64,000 nt of DNA from Basidiobolus meristosporus CBS 931.73. Taxonomy: Eukaryota > Fungi > Basidiobolomycota. The stretch is taken from contig MCFE01000065.1 in the NCBI GenBank assembly GCA_002104905.1, forward strand, positions 127,031 to 191,030. The letters run 5' to 3'. Under the pieces are notes generated by a model. The model saw nothing but the letters and a program-made list of their open reading frames with translations. It was not told the origin of the DNA and searched no databases. A program made the translations under genes and the position numbers. This document shows positions 41,084 to 52,316 of the stretch, piece by piece (position 1 is the first letter of the stretch; each line of letters begins with the position of its first letter).

Positions 41084-42557
41084 TCAATAGTTCAGCAAGC
41101 TTCGAATTCCGGTTAGCTCGCTAGCCACCACCTTTTGAGCACACACATTGCAGCTCTTGGTACATTGGAAGTACATCTGAAGCTTGTTAGTTTTGCACAG
41201 ACCATTCCGGGCAAGCCTATCACAATTGGGTCTGGAATCTCTACATGGACCTGGAATGAGGGTCAGCTCAAGATCAAACACAGCTGTGCAATAACCAGAG
41301 ATATTTCATGACATCTTACCAATGTGGAGATCTGGCTGGTTGAAGCACGTCATTGTGCGAGAGTCCAGTTGAGGGACGCGAATACCTTCATACACTCGGT
41401 TCTTTCCGTCACGAAACACGTAGAGTTGACCGTCGAAGGTAGCCATCTCACAAGCCTGATGAACCCCAAGGGTGCAGGTCGGTTGCTTCATCTCAACACC
41501 ATGTTCGTCAACACGATGGACATTGACGACATGCTTACAATTGTTTATGACTCTCCAATTGACAGTACGCTGGTTAGGTCCAGGAGGGATGGATCTTGGG
41601 CCTGAGAAGAACATTAGTGCGGGCCGCGGTAGGGATGGGTCGGTTCCTCTTACCGCGCCATTCGTTTGGGAGATTCCACATTTTCCTCATGAAGTTGTAC
41701 GTGTAAGGATCCAGCTGGCGCATTTTCCAGCCATTACTGGGTAGGAAATCGCTTATTCCAAAGAAAGTCTCGCTCATCACCCCAAAAAACTCGTTCTGGT
41801 TGGTGAGTGCGTAGGCTCGTTCACGGCCGTATCGGTTTTCGACAGTCTCGCATGCGGGTGGCTGGCAGTTATCCCAGATCATCATCGCCCTTCGTTGAGC
41901 GTTCTGGTAGTAGTCGGTTCTTCCCAAACGGAAGAGCCATTCGCGAAAGTACTCGGTGACCTGCTGCTTCACCTCTGGATTCAGGCCCATGTAGGCGTGT
42001 GCCAGCTCGTGAAGAAGCAGAAATGGTTGGTTGTAGTTACACTTATCATTTAGCAGCGCTTCTGGAGTTAAAATCACCGCACCTGCCTTGTCAGGATTCA
42101 GTCCATGTAGTTTCAAAAATCCGCGATTGGGATTCTTTTCGGGTTTGTACCACTTTCCGCAGGTTCGGCAATCATGGTGATCTGGATCAATCCATATCTG
42201 GATACCGCATGCTGTCAGCAACCATGCAAAAGAGAGTGAATTTCCATTACTTACGGGTACTTGTTGCGCCAGTCCTTGTTCGTACCACGGAATCCCAAGG
42301 CGCAGATACTGCTCCAGTTTGTAGCGAAGGACTGGGATCGTTTCGTTTCTAACGGCGCGGTGCTTATAAATGTGCCACCCAGCGACGTTCATCTGGATGT
42401 AATCTGAGGTTGGGGGATACCTGCTACATATTAAATTGTTTGTTAGGTAGGGTTCGTTACGGTGGACATTCTCTAAGTTCACCTACGCGTCAATTATCTC
42501 TATATGTAGCAAAGTGAAGAGGAGGGAAAGAATTTGGGTCGATCTGGATAGTAACAT
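41084..42557 (-). CDS. Zincin metallopeptidase (HEXXH) + VHL-beta-like domain + ShKT domain; in-frame TAG after the signal peptide
   Basis: LLLHELAHAY and YALTNQNEFFGVMSETFFG..DF.P; introns 42254-42198, 41653-41602, 41319-41284; C-terminal CRDSRPNCDRLARNGLCKTNKLQMYFQCTKSCNVC; ATG at 42557 gives a 24-aa signal-like peptide followed by TAG at 42485-42483. Confidence 0.8.
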
Positions 42558-43511
42558 TTTGCCGAGGATTGGCGCTCAGGCGAGAACTTCTTAGGAATGT
42601 GTTGTTGTGTATGGGACTGGTCGGAGAGTGGAGTTTTTATAACAAGGGATGACTATAATCGATCGCTCAACAATGTAATGCGAGGCCAGCTCCAAACCGC
42701 TTGAAAGACCTTCGTTTGAAAATCCGCGGGTTTACAGAACAAACGTGCATTGATGCCGGGAATCCGAACAAAAGAGATAGAATACTAGAGTGAAATCAGA
42801 TATGCTCCTATTCATTTGATTACAATTCAATCATGTACAAGTTAGTTCCTAATGTAAAGGCGGAAATAGGGATTTAAGCATCTTCCGGATTGCATATGCT
42901 CCAGTAAGTCGTATTTCGTGATTAATGTCAAGAGATCTGGCAATACTACATCTGCAGTTTAAAGTAACGTGTGCACAGCCGCTTTACGACAAGGGTGCTT
43001 GATAAACCGAGTCTGTCCACTTGTCCACCTTTATTCCATAACAATTACATCGTAAATGTCCGCCTTTGAATGGCCATTGCCCACTTCATGTTTATGCGCC
43101 ATGCAGGTCGAAAAAAAGGATAGCCGTACGTTGGATACTTACAAAAGAGATGCTGGGTATACTATTTCTAAGAATGTAGTAACTGATAAGATATTACGGA
43201 ATACTTACCATTAGACAAACTCTTCGCCAAATCGGGTTAATTGGACTTCAAAACTTCATAAAAATCACCAACGGTAGCTTACCGCATTAATAGCTTTGAT
43301 ACCCTTCTTATTTCTTATCCTGAGTTGATACTTCCATTCCAGCAACTCACCACTGCTTTAAACCCAATGGGCCATGATATCGTGGTATAAATAAAAAAGA
43401 GATGATTTAATTCGACTGACCATTATACGTGCTTTTATTTATAGTGAATGAAATGGATCAAAAGATGGAGTGCAATGTTCAAAACCAAATACGATTCAAA
43501 ATGCGTGTGGA

Positions 43512-44963
43512 TTAAGCCTTGGAGGCAGCAGCCTTGAGACCGGCTTCAATGCGACGACCATACTCACCATCAGCGCGCTTGAAGTGCTCGACCTGACGAG
43601 CTTGGATCTCCTTCTTGGCATTCTTCAAGTGGCCGACAATGTTGGAGATGAGGCGGTCCTTCTGGTCCTTGGGCATCAAGCGGTACAAGTTACCGGCCTG
43701 GACAAAGTCGTCGTCGGTGAGACTGTAGGTGTGACGGCCAACTGCGCCAACAACCTCCTGGACAGAGTAGGTGGAGGCTGGGATGTTGGTTTGCTTGGGT
43801 CCGGCGTGGCTGTTGGGCTCGTAGTTGGGCTGGGATCCGTAGTTACCATTGACGGTCATGGGTCCATCACGTTGTTGGTTGGCAACGCGGCTGTTGTAGG
43901 CCTGGTTGATGGGGATCTGAGCATAGTTGGCTCCCAAACGATGACGGTGGGTGTCGGGGTAGGAGAAGAGACGGCCTTGCAACATGCGATCGTAGGAGAC
44001 ATCAATACCGGGAACAGTGTGGGATGGGGAGAAGGCAGCTTGCTCGGTCTCGGCAAAGTAGTTGTCGGGATTGCGGTTCAACACGAGCTTGCCAACGGGC
44101 TGGAGTGGGTAGTCCTTGTGTGGCCACACCTTGGTGACATCAAAGATGTTCCAGCGGTACTTCTCCGCATCCTCGGGGTTCATCACCTGGACATACACAC
44201 TCCATGAGGGGTAGTCACCCTTGGCGATGGCATTGTACAAGTCGCGGGTGGCGTAGTCAGGATCTTGACCAGCGAGCTTGCCAGCCTCCTCAGCGGTGAA
44301 GTTCTTGATGCCTTGGTCGCTCTTGAAGTGCCACTTGACGTACTTGAACTTGCCCTCGTCATCGACAAGCTTCAGGGTGTGGGAGCTGTATCCGTTCAAG
44401 AAACGGTAGCCATCGGGGGTACCACGGTCAGAGAACAAGATGGTCACTTGGTGGATGGTCTCGGGCACGAGGGAGATGAAGTCCCAGAACATATCAGCAT
44501 CAGGGCAGTTGGTGGCGGGGTTTCTCTTCTGGGTGTGGATGAAGTCGGGGAACTTGATGGGGTCACGGATGAAGAAGACGGGGGTGTTGTTACCAACCAT
44601 GTCCCAGTTACCCTCCTCGGTGTAGAACTTCACAGCGAAACCACGGGGGTCTCTAGCGGTATCGGCCGACCCCTTCTCACCACCAACAGTGGAGAAACGA
44701 AGGAAGGTGGGTGTGCGCTTGCCGATTCTGTTCAAGAACTTCGCCTTGGTGATAGAGGTCAAGTCGTGGGTCACCTCGAAGTAACCATGGGCACCGGCTC
44801 CCTTGGCGTGAACAACTCTCTCGGGGATGCGCTCACGATCAAAGTGAGAGAGTTTGTCGATGAGGTGGAAGTCTTGAAGAAGGATAGGACCATTGGGACC
44901 GGCAGTAATGGAGGTCTGGTTGTTCTCAACTGGATTTCCGTTGGTAGTGGTCAAGTTGGACAT
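43512..44963 (-). CDS. cat: Monofunctional small-subunit heme catalase, copy 1
   Basis: [15 protein letters not shown] active-site signature and RLFSYPDTH proximal heme-ligand motif; intronless, 1452 nt, strong C-ending codon bias. Confidence 0.98.
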   Translation of the reverse strand: MSNLTTTNGNPVENNQTSITAGPNGPILLQDFHLIDKLSHFDRERIPERVVHAKGAGAHGYFEVTHDLTSITKAKFLNRIGKRTPTFLRFSTVGGEKGSADTARDPRGFAVKFYTEEGNWDMVGNNTPVFFIRDPIKFPDFIHTQKRNPATNCPDADMFWDFISLVPETIHQVTILFSDRGTPDGYRFLNGYSSHTLKLVDDEGKFKYVKWHFKSDQGIKNFTAEEAGKLAGQDPDYATRDLYNAIAKGDYPSWSVYVQVMNPEDAEKYRWNIFDVTKVWPHKDYPLQPVGKLVLNRNPDNYFAETEQAAFSPSHTVPGIDVSYDRMLQGRLFSYPDTHRHRLGANYAQIPINQAYNSRVANQQRDGPMTVNGNYGSQPNYEPNSHAGPKQTNIPASTYSVQEVVGAVGRHTYSLTDDDFVQAGNLYRLMPKDQKDRLISNIVGHLKNAKKEIQARQVEHFKRADGEYGRRIEAGLKAAASKA

Positions 44964-46061
44964 GGTCAATGAAGTATAAATTTACAAAGATAAAAACTCC
45001 CGGCCAGTTGCCTCGGTCTATATACCCATCATAGCCCTGATAATCCCATTGTTAATCAATAGTAGCAATCTTCCTATCACTTGGGTTTGTACACATAATA
45101 AACCCACTTCCCAATTTGGTACCATGTCTTGAAATAGATCATCTGGTTCGCTACCATATTAAAGCTTACTAATGGGACGAGCCGACAGCAGAACTGTATC
45201 ATTTTTTAACACATGCTTCAACAAAATTTCGATCTAATTTCACTGATAGAACTGTGGAGAGGGCGCGATGCATGCGAGATTCATTGCGGGATTCCGTGAA
45301 ATACGCCTCAATTGACATTGTCATCGTCTACCCCAGAATCAATCAATCACTCACCCTAACCCTATGTTTCATCTAGGGCCTATTACTGTCAAGTAAATGT
45401 ATCATGGTTGTAAATGGAGGTCACGATAATCTTCAATGGAATGGCTTACACTATCTTGGTCTAGAATCAAATGTAGCACTCGTGTAGCTACGCAACTACG
45501 AGTCTTGTCAATTTGTATATAAATTTCTAGATCCAGATATGATAATCATCAAGGTATTTTACAATAGCCTTTGATTGGTTATGTATGTTTCTTCCCCACT
45601 CGGCTACCCTCTTGCATGCACCCATCATCAATTCTGCGGCTTCGGATTAATGTCCAATCTTGATACTCTGGATAAAAGAATGGGGAAAGAGAATCTAATG
45701 GAGGTGAAAGTTGATGCATCAGTTTGGCATTTGTAATCAGTGCATGATGATGAAGAGCTTAGCAGCCTGAAGCTAGGTCATAAAAATCTCCTTTGACAAC
45801 ACCAGTTCTAGAATCATAGGGTGGATTGGATAATGTACATAGAAGGATGTCGAAGTCCATTAATCCATTGCCTTCCTGGCTGGCGCTTTTTGGGATGGAA
45901 TAGCCTAGGATTAGTTAAACAACAGATGGCTTGGGAATATTGGGAATTATGCAGTCGTATTTGGTAATTATGGAAAATATCTTCTGGGCAAATCCAAAAT
46001 GCGCAAATTATTTTACAATTATTTGAGCAGTAATCTTTGCGTTGCTTGACCATCAGCTTCA

Positions 46062-47586
46062 ATGACAGTACGTAAACCCAAGGTTATATCTTTACTTCCC
46101 TCGGCCACCGAGATTATCGGTCTCATACCAGGTATAAACCCTTCTTACGAATTTGTTGATCTTTCTTCCGAACATTGCAATCCTAGGTGGCGCTGAGCTC
46201 CTAGTTGGACGAAGCCATGAGGGTAAGTTTGGCATTTATCTGTTCACCAAAATATATTCTGACTCAAGTGCCCTGTTTTACCAGACGATTATCCTGAGTA
46301 GGAAAATATCCTTCTATCTCTCAAAATTCACCTCTAATGCGTTACGCGTACTATACAGGTCAATTCTTGACAGACCATATTTAACTGCTCAAAAGACTAC
46401 TTTTACGGTATGCTCTAGTGCCCCTGACGCATGATAATATTCGTGTATAAGACTAACATACACATCTACGAATTTAGGACCCAGCCGATGTTGACCGACA
46501 GGTATCAGAAACCCTAGCTGCAGGACAAAGCCTGTATACATTAAATGTGGATCTGATAAAGAAACTCCAGCCAGAAGTTATCTTGACCCAGGTTGCCTTA
46601 TGGTTCATAAATTCCTCATTGAACTGTGTATTTAAATATCTATTCTTCCACTAGTCACTTTGTAAGGTTTGTGCTATCGATCTGATTTCAGTTGAGAGAG
46701 TGGCAGCCTCTATGTCTCCTCAGCCACAGATCGTGGACCTGAATCCAAACAGCTTGGGAGACGTACTTGAAAATATTACTAGCGTTGGCAAAGCAGTTGG
46801 TTTAGAGGAAGAGTCCAGATTACTACAAGGCCAATTAAGGAGTAGAATCGAAAGAATTGAAAGACTGGTGAAGGACAAAGCCGACTTCGTCAAACCCAAA
46901 TGTTTAATGATGGAATGGCCCGAGCCGGTATGTGACATATTCTGTGTAATAATCCAATGCTTATTAACTCATGAAAAATAACTGCATATACTAGATCTAC
47001 GCTGCCGGCCATTGGTATGTGATTTAGGAGTATGATTTATGGCACGCATACCAGCTTAGTAATATTATTCATATCACGTTAGGACTCCACAAATCATAGA
47101 AATGGGTAGGTCACTTAATATGCACTCCTTCACATGGGCTTGGTTTTAATGTTTACCTCACAGCTGGTGGATTGCATCCTCTAAACCCTTGCATTAAAAC
47201 AAACGAAAGAGGAGAGAAAATTGCAAAGTACGGGAAACCAGTCACTCCTGAATCTGTGGTGGAACTGCAACCGGATATTATTATTATTGCCCCATGTGGC
47301 TTGGACTTGGTAGAATCCGAGAAACAGACCAAGATAATATCCGAAAAGCCTTGGTGGAAGGAAGCCACCAAAAACACCAAGAAAGTTTACTTGGTGGACG
47401 GATCACACGTAAGTAAATTTAGAACCGTACCCCATCAGAAGGGAGCTAACTTAGTATGTAATCCTATAGATGTTTAATCGACCTGGCCCCAGACTTGTCG
47501 ATGCTCTTGAGTTCTGTGCCGGAGTTATTCTTGATCAACCAGAATTAATTCCTGAAGGATTTCCAGTAAAGGAATGGAAATTATAA
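46062..47586 (+). CDS. BtuF/cobalamin-binding-like substrate-binding protein (type III helical-backbone fold), 10 exons
   Basis: Spliced model KVISLLPSATEII...LVGRSHEDDYP...SLYTLNVDLIKKLQPEVILTQSLCKVCAID...EWPEPIYAAGHWTPQIIEMAGG...PDIIIIAPCG...VYLVDGSHMFNRPGPRLVDALE; nine GT-AG introns including 13-, 20- and about 23-nt microexons. Confidence 0.85.
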
Positions 47587-47783
47587 ATCATTTTTTCCTT
47601 AATAAACAATTCGACCTTGGTCTGAAATCAATTATCATAATCATTATATACGCTCCGAATTTTGAACTTTCCTTTAATGATTATGATGGGTAATATATGA
47701 ATAATGTTGTTTTCTTTTTTAGTAAACCATGTTACACGTATATCACATGCGGTACGGCCCATGCAGTTATAGACAAAATGTAC

Positions 47784-49235
47784 TTAGGCCTTAGAAGCAG
47801 CGGCCTTGAGACCGGCTTCAATGCGACGACCATACTCACCATCAGCGCGCTTGAAGTGCTCGACCTGACGAGCTTGGATCTCCTTCTTGGCATTCTTCAA
47901 GTGGCCAACAATGTTGGAGATGAGGCGGTCCTTCTGGTCCTTGGGCATCAAGCGGTACAAGTTACCGGCCTGGACAAAGTCGTCGTCGGTGAGACTGTAG
48001 GTGTGACGGCCAACTGCACCAATAACCTCCTGGACAGAGTAGGTGGAGGCTGGGATGTTGGTTTGCTTGGGTCCGGCGTGGCTGTTGGGCTCGTAGTTGG
48101 GCTGGGATCCGTAGTTACCATTGACGGTCATGGGTCCATCACGTTGTTGGTTGGCAACGCGGCTGTTGTAGGCCTGGTTGATGGGGATCTGAGCATAGTT
48201 GGCTCCCAAACGATGACGGTGGGTGTCGGGGTAGGAGAAGAGACGGCCTTGCAACATACGATCGTAGGAGACATCAATACCGGGAACAGTGTGGGATGGG
48301 GAGAAGGCAGCTTGCTCGGTCTCGGCAAAGTAGTTGTCGGGATTGCGGTTCAACACGAGCTTGCCAACGGGCTGGAGTGGGTAGTCCTTGTGTGGCCACA
48401 CCTTGGTGACATCAAAGATGTTCCAGCGGTACTTCTCCGCATCCTCGGGGTTCATCACCTGGACATACACACTCCATGAGGGGTAGTCACCCTTGGCGAT
48501 GGCATTGTACAAGTCGCGGGTGGCGTAGTCAGGATCTTGACCAGCGAGCTTGCCAGCCTCCTCAGCGGTGAAGTTCTTGATGCCTTGGTCGCTCTTGAAG
48601 TGCCACTTGACGTACTTGAACTTGCCCTCGTCATCGACAAGCTTCAGGGTGTGGGAGCTGTATCCGTTCAAGAAACGGTAGCCATCGGGGGTACCACGGT
48701 CAGAGAACAAGATGGTCACTTGGTGGATGGTCTCGGGCACGAGGGAGATGAAGTCCCAGAACATATCAGCATCAGGGCAGTTGGTGGCGGGGTTTCTTTT
48801 CTGGGTGTGGATGAAGTCGGGGAACTTGATGGGGTCACGGATGAAGAAGACGGGGGTGTTGTTACCAACCATGTCCCAGTTACCCTCCTCGGTGTAGAAC
48901 TTCACAGCGAAACCACGGGGGTCTCTGGCGGTATCGGCCGACCCCTTCTCACCACCAACAGTGGAGAAACGAAGGAAGGTGGGTGTGCGCTTGCCGATTC
49001 TGTTCAAGAACTTCGCCTTGGTGATAGAGGTCAAGTCGTGGGTCACCTCGAAGTAACCATGGGCACCGGCTCCCTTGGCGTGAACAACTCTCTCGGGGAT
49101 GCGCTCACGATCAAAGTGAGAGAGTTTGTCGATGAGGTGGAAGTCTTGAAGAAGGATAGGACCATTGGGACCGGCAGTAATGGAGGTCTGGTTGTTCTCA
49201 ACTGGGTTTCCGTTGGTGGTGGTCAAGTTGGACAT
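47784..49235 (-). CDS. cat: Monofunctional heme catalase, copy 2
   Basis: Same motifs; 1452 nt; differs from copy 1 by one amino acid (V->I in SVQEVIGAV). Confidence 0.98.
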   Translation of the reverse strand: MSNLTTTNGNPVENNQTSITAGPNGPILLQDFHLIDKLSHFDRERIPERVVHAKGAGAHGYFEVTHDLTSITKAKFLNRIGKRTPTFLRFSTVGGEKGSADTARDPRGFAVKFYTEEGNWDMVGNNTPVFFIRDPIKFPDFIHTQKRNPATNCPDADMFWDFISLVPETIHQVTILFSDRGTPDGYRFLNGYSSHTLKLVDDEGKFKYVKWHFKSDQGIKNFTAEEAGKLAGQDPDYATRDLYNAIAKGDYPSWSVYVQVMNPEDAEKYRWNIFDVTKVWPHKDYPLQPVGKLVLNRNPDNYFAETEQAAFSPSHTVPGIDVSYDRMLQGRLFSYPDTHRHRLGANYAQIPINQAYNSRVANQQRDGPMTVNGNYGSQPNYEPNSHAGPKQTNIPASTYSVQEVIGAVGRHTYSLTDDDFVQAGNLYRLMPKDQKDRLISNIVGHLKNAKKEIQARQVEHFKRADGEYGRRIEAGLKAAASKA

Positions 49236-50277
49236 ATTTAATATGAAGAATTTAGCTACTTCGATAGTGTGAATTGAACATGGACCGTCTTTAAATACAT
49301 CTCGTCAGAACTTCGATTTCCGTTGGTCACCGGGCCCCCGCAATATTTCATCTACAGATGAATGCTATTGTGAATGAATTGTTATTTTTTGTTCATTTTG
49401 GAAGTGATGGCTGTATTTTACCACGATACCTGTGGCACTTGATGTGGGATATAATCATTACCCGTTTATTGTCGCAATCTGTTTGTGCGAATTTACAAAG
49501 ATACCACTCATCTTTTGCAGAAGCCCTCAGATTTGTTCCAGGAGGCTAGGGGTGCGCAGTTGATAATATAGCTATTGGATCAAGTGTTGGTAAACTGACG
49601 GATTTATCCAACCTCCATAGTACAAGTCATTTGACCACTTGAAGTCAATTTGTTCTCTTCTTGCATCGAAGAGGGAACGTTAATGCATGTCTCGTAATGA
49701 TTGACATACGGTAGCAGATTGATCAAATCGTGGGTAAATCAAAAATTCTAAGCATCAGTGTGTGTAAAAGAATACACCAATCAAACATCAAGAGTGATAT
49801 ACGCAGCAACGACGTTCAGTTCTTCAGAAAGAGTTGATAATTTCCCTCATATTTATTAGAATCCTATTTAAAATCAACGTAACCACAAGAGTTCCTATTC
49901 GATACTATATCACCGGCATGAAATTCCAAATCTAAATCTCCCTGTATAATCGAATGAGGACATATTTTCAGAAACGATAATCGTGAAAATGATCAGGTCG
50001 GTGATGAGAGGAGATGAAAATTTATATGTAATAAAACAGTCGTATACTTTAAATATTTATAGATTAGGATGAAAAATGATTGATAATCTTGTTCTACGAT
50101 CACCACAAGAACTAACACAAAGAGGATGTTTCACGTGTTCTTCTGCTGAAATATTTATTTTACACATTTAAATATCAAATTATGCGGGGCACTGGGTGGA
50201 TATAAATAAGGCCTTATTGGACTAAAACTACTCAAGGTCTTTTGATTAGTTTAGTAACCACTTCTTCTTTCACAACG

Positions 50278-51729
50278 ATGTCCAACTTGACCACTACCAA
50301 CGGAAACCCAGTCGAGAACAACCAGACCTCCATTACTGCCGGTCCCAATGGTCCTATCCTTCTTCAAGACTTCCACCTCATCGACAAACTCTCTCACTTT
50401 GATCGTGAGCGCATCCCCGAGAGAGTTGTTCACGCCAAGGGAGCCGGTGCCCATGGTTACTTCGAGGTGACCCACGACTTGACCTCCATCACCAAGGCGA
50501 AGTTCTTGAACAGAATCGGCAAGCGCACACCCACCTTCCTTCGTTTCTCCACTGTTGGTGGTGAGAAGGGGTCGGCCGATACCGCCAGAGACCCCCGTGG
50601 TTTCGCTGTGAAGTTCTACACCGAGGAGGGTAACTGGGACATGGTTGGTAACAACACCCCCGTCTTCTTCATCCGTGACCCCATCAAGTTCCCCGACTTC
50701 ATCCACACCCAGAAAAGAAACCCCGCCACCAACTGCCCTGATGCTGATATGTTCTGGGACTTCATCTCCCTCGTGCCCGAGACCATCCACCAAGTGACCA
50801 TCTTGTTCTCTGACCGTGGTACCCCCGATGGCTACCGTTTCTTGAACGGATACAGCTCCCACACCCTGAAGCTTGTCGATGACGAGGGCAAGTTCAAGTA
50901 CGTCAAGTGGCACTTCAAGAGCGACCAAGGCATCAAGAACTTCACCGCTGAGGAGGCTGGCAAGCTCGCTGGTCAAGATCCTGACTACGCCACCCGCGAC
51001 TTGTACAATGCCATCGCCAAGGGTGACTACCCCTCATGGAGTGTGTATGTCCAGGTGATGAACCCCGAGGATGCGGAGAAGTACCGCTGGAACATCTTTG
51101 ATGTCACCAAGGTGTGGCCACACAAGGACTACCCACTCCAGCCCGTTGGCAAGCTCGTGTTGAACCGCAATCCCGACAACTACTTTGCCGAGACCGAGCA
51201 AGCTGCCTTCTCCCCATCCCACACTGTTCCCGGTATTGATGTCTCCTACGATCGCATGTTGCAAGGCCGTCTCTTCTCCTACCCCGACACCCACCGTCAT
51301 CGTTTGGGAGCCAACTATGCTCAGATCCCCATCAACCAGGCCTACAACAGCCGCGTTGCCAACCAACAACGTGATGGACCCATGACCGTCAATGGTAACT
51401 ACGGATCCCAGCCCAACTACGAGCCCAACAGCCACGCCGGACCCAAGCAAACCAACATCCCAGCCTCCACCTACTCTGTCCAGGAGGTTATTGGTGCAGT
51501 TGGCCGTCACACCTACAGTCTCACCGACGACGACTTTGTCCAGGCCGGTAATTTGTACCGCTTGATGCCCAAGGACCAGAAGGACCGCCTCATCTCCAAC
51601 ATTGTCGGCCACTTGAAGAATGCCAAGAAGGAGATCCAAGCTCGTCAGGTCGAGCACTTCAAGCGCGCTGATGGTGAGTATGGTCGTCGCATTGAAGCCG
51701 GTCTCAAGGCTGCTGCCTCCAAGGCTTAA
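50278..51729 (+). CDS. cat: Monofunctional heme catalase, copy 3
   Basis: Same motifs; 1452 nt; protein appears identical to copy 2; divergently oriented relative to copy 2. Confidence 0.98.
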   Translation: MSNLTTTNGNPVENNQTSITAGPNGPILLQDFHLIDKLSHFDRERIPERVVHAKGAGAHGYFEVTHDLTSITKAKFLNRIGKRTPTFLRFSTVGGEKGSADTARDPRGFAVKFYTEEGNWDMVGNNTPVFFIRDPIKFPDFIHTQKRNPATNCPDADMFWDFISLVPETIHQVTILFSDRGTPDGYRFLNGYSSHTLKLVDDEGKFKYVKWHFKSDQGIKNFTAEEAGKLAGQDPDYATRDLYNAIAKGDYPSWSVYVQVMNPEDAEKYRWNIFDVTKVWPHKDYPLQPVGKLVLNRNPDNYFAETEQAAFSPSHTVPGIDVSYDRMLQGRLFSYPDTHRHRLGANYAQIPINQAYNSRVANQQRDGPMTVNGNYGSQPNYEPNSHAGPKQTNIPASTYSVQEVIGAVGRHTYSLTDDDFVQAGNLYRLMPKDQKDRLISNIVGHLKNAKKEIQARQVEHFKRADGEYGRRIEAGLKAAASKA

Positions 51730-52316
51730 GTTAGTCCTCTGGCATACCTCTAGGCCATCTGTCACTGTATTCAGCATAATTCCATAATTTTCCTTCCGAT
51801 GCATATAACTCGTCAAATTGCAACCAATTGTTTCGTAAACATCATTAAAAGCCTTCAAAAAATGATATCCTGTTGATGTCGTATATATCATATGAAAACT
51901 GCGTACTATTGATGGGTAATTTGCGTCACCTTCGTGAGGTGTAGCTATTGGATTGTATAACGTAATTGTGGTGATGTGAACTTTTGTGTAAACTTGCAAT
52001 CGAATGTACAGACGTTCAATCTTCTTCACACGCATCAGATGGTTTGAGCTACGTTGTTAGGTCTTAAACATACTGGAATATTGTTATTTAGTCAAACTCC
52101 AGCCTATTCGGATGAATGCTATTCTTGAATCCAAGGGGCTATGATAGTATTCAGAAAGTCCTTTATTTCTTGGTGGTGATTATTTCTCCAATTTTGGGTG
52201 GTCAAGTTTAGTAGTGTATGTCACAAGGTATATAGCGATATAATCTACAACTGCTGTCAATGAGTGTGTATGGTAGTAGAAAATAGAAATATAGAATATG
52301 TCGTTCTCCCAACATT

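Noticed and set aside
51715-51760. Possible cryptic PTS1 or stop readthrough in the catalases (C-terminus SKA)
   Set aside because: SKA is non-canonical, and the readthrough extensions of the three copies differ and none ends in a PTS1-like tripeptide.
43470-52035. Long antisense ORFs (234-333 aa) overlapping all three catalases
   Set aside because: Shadow ORFs caused by strong codon bias of the sense strand; no independent start context or domain.
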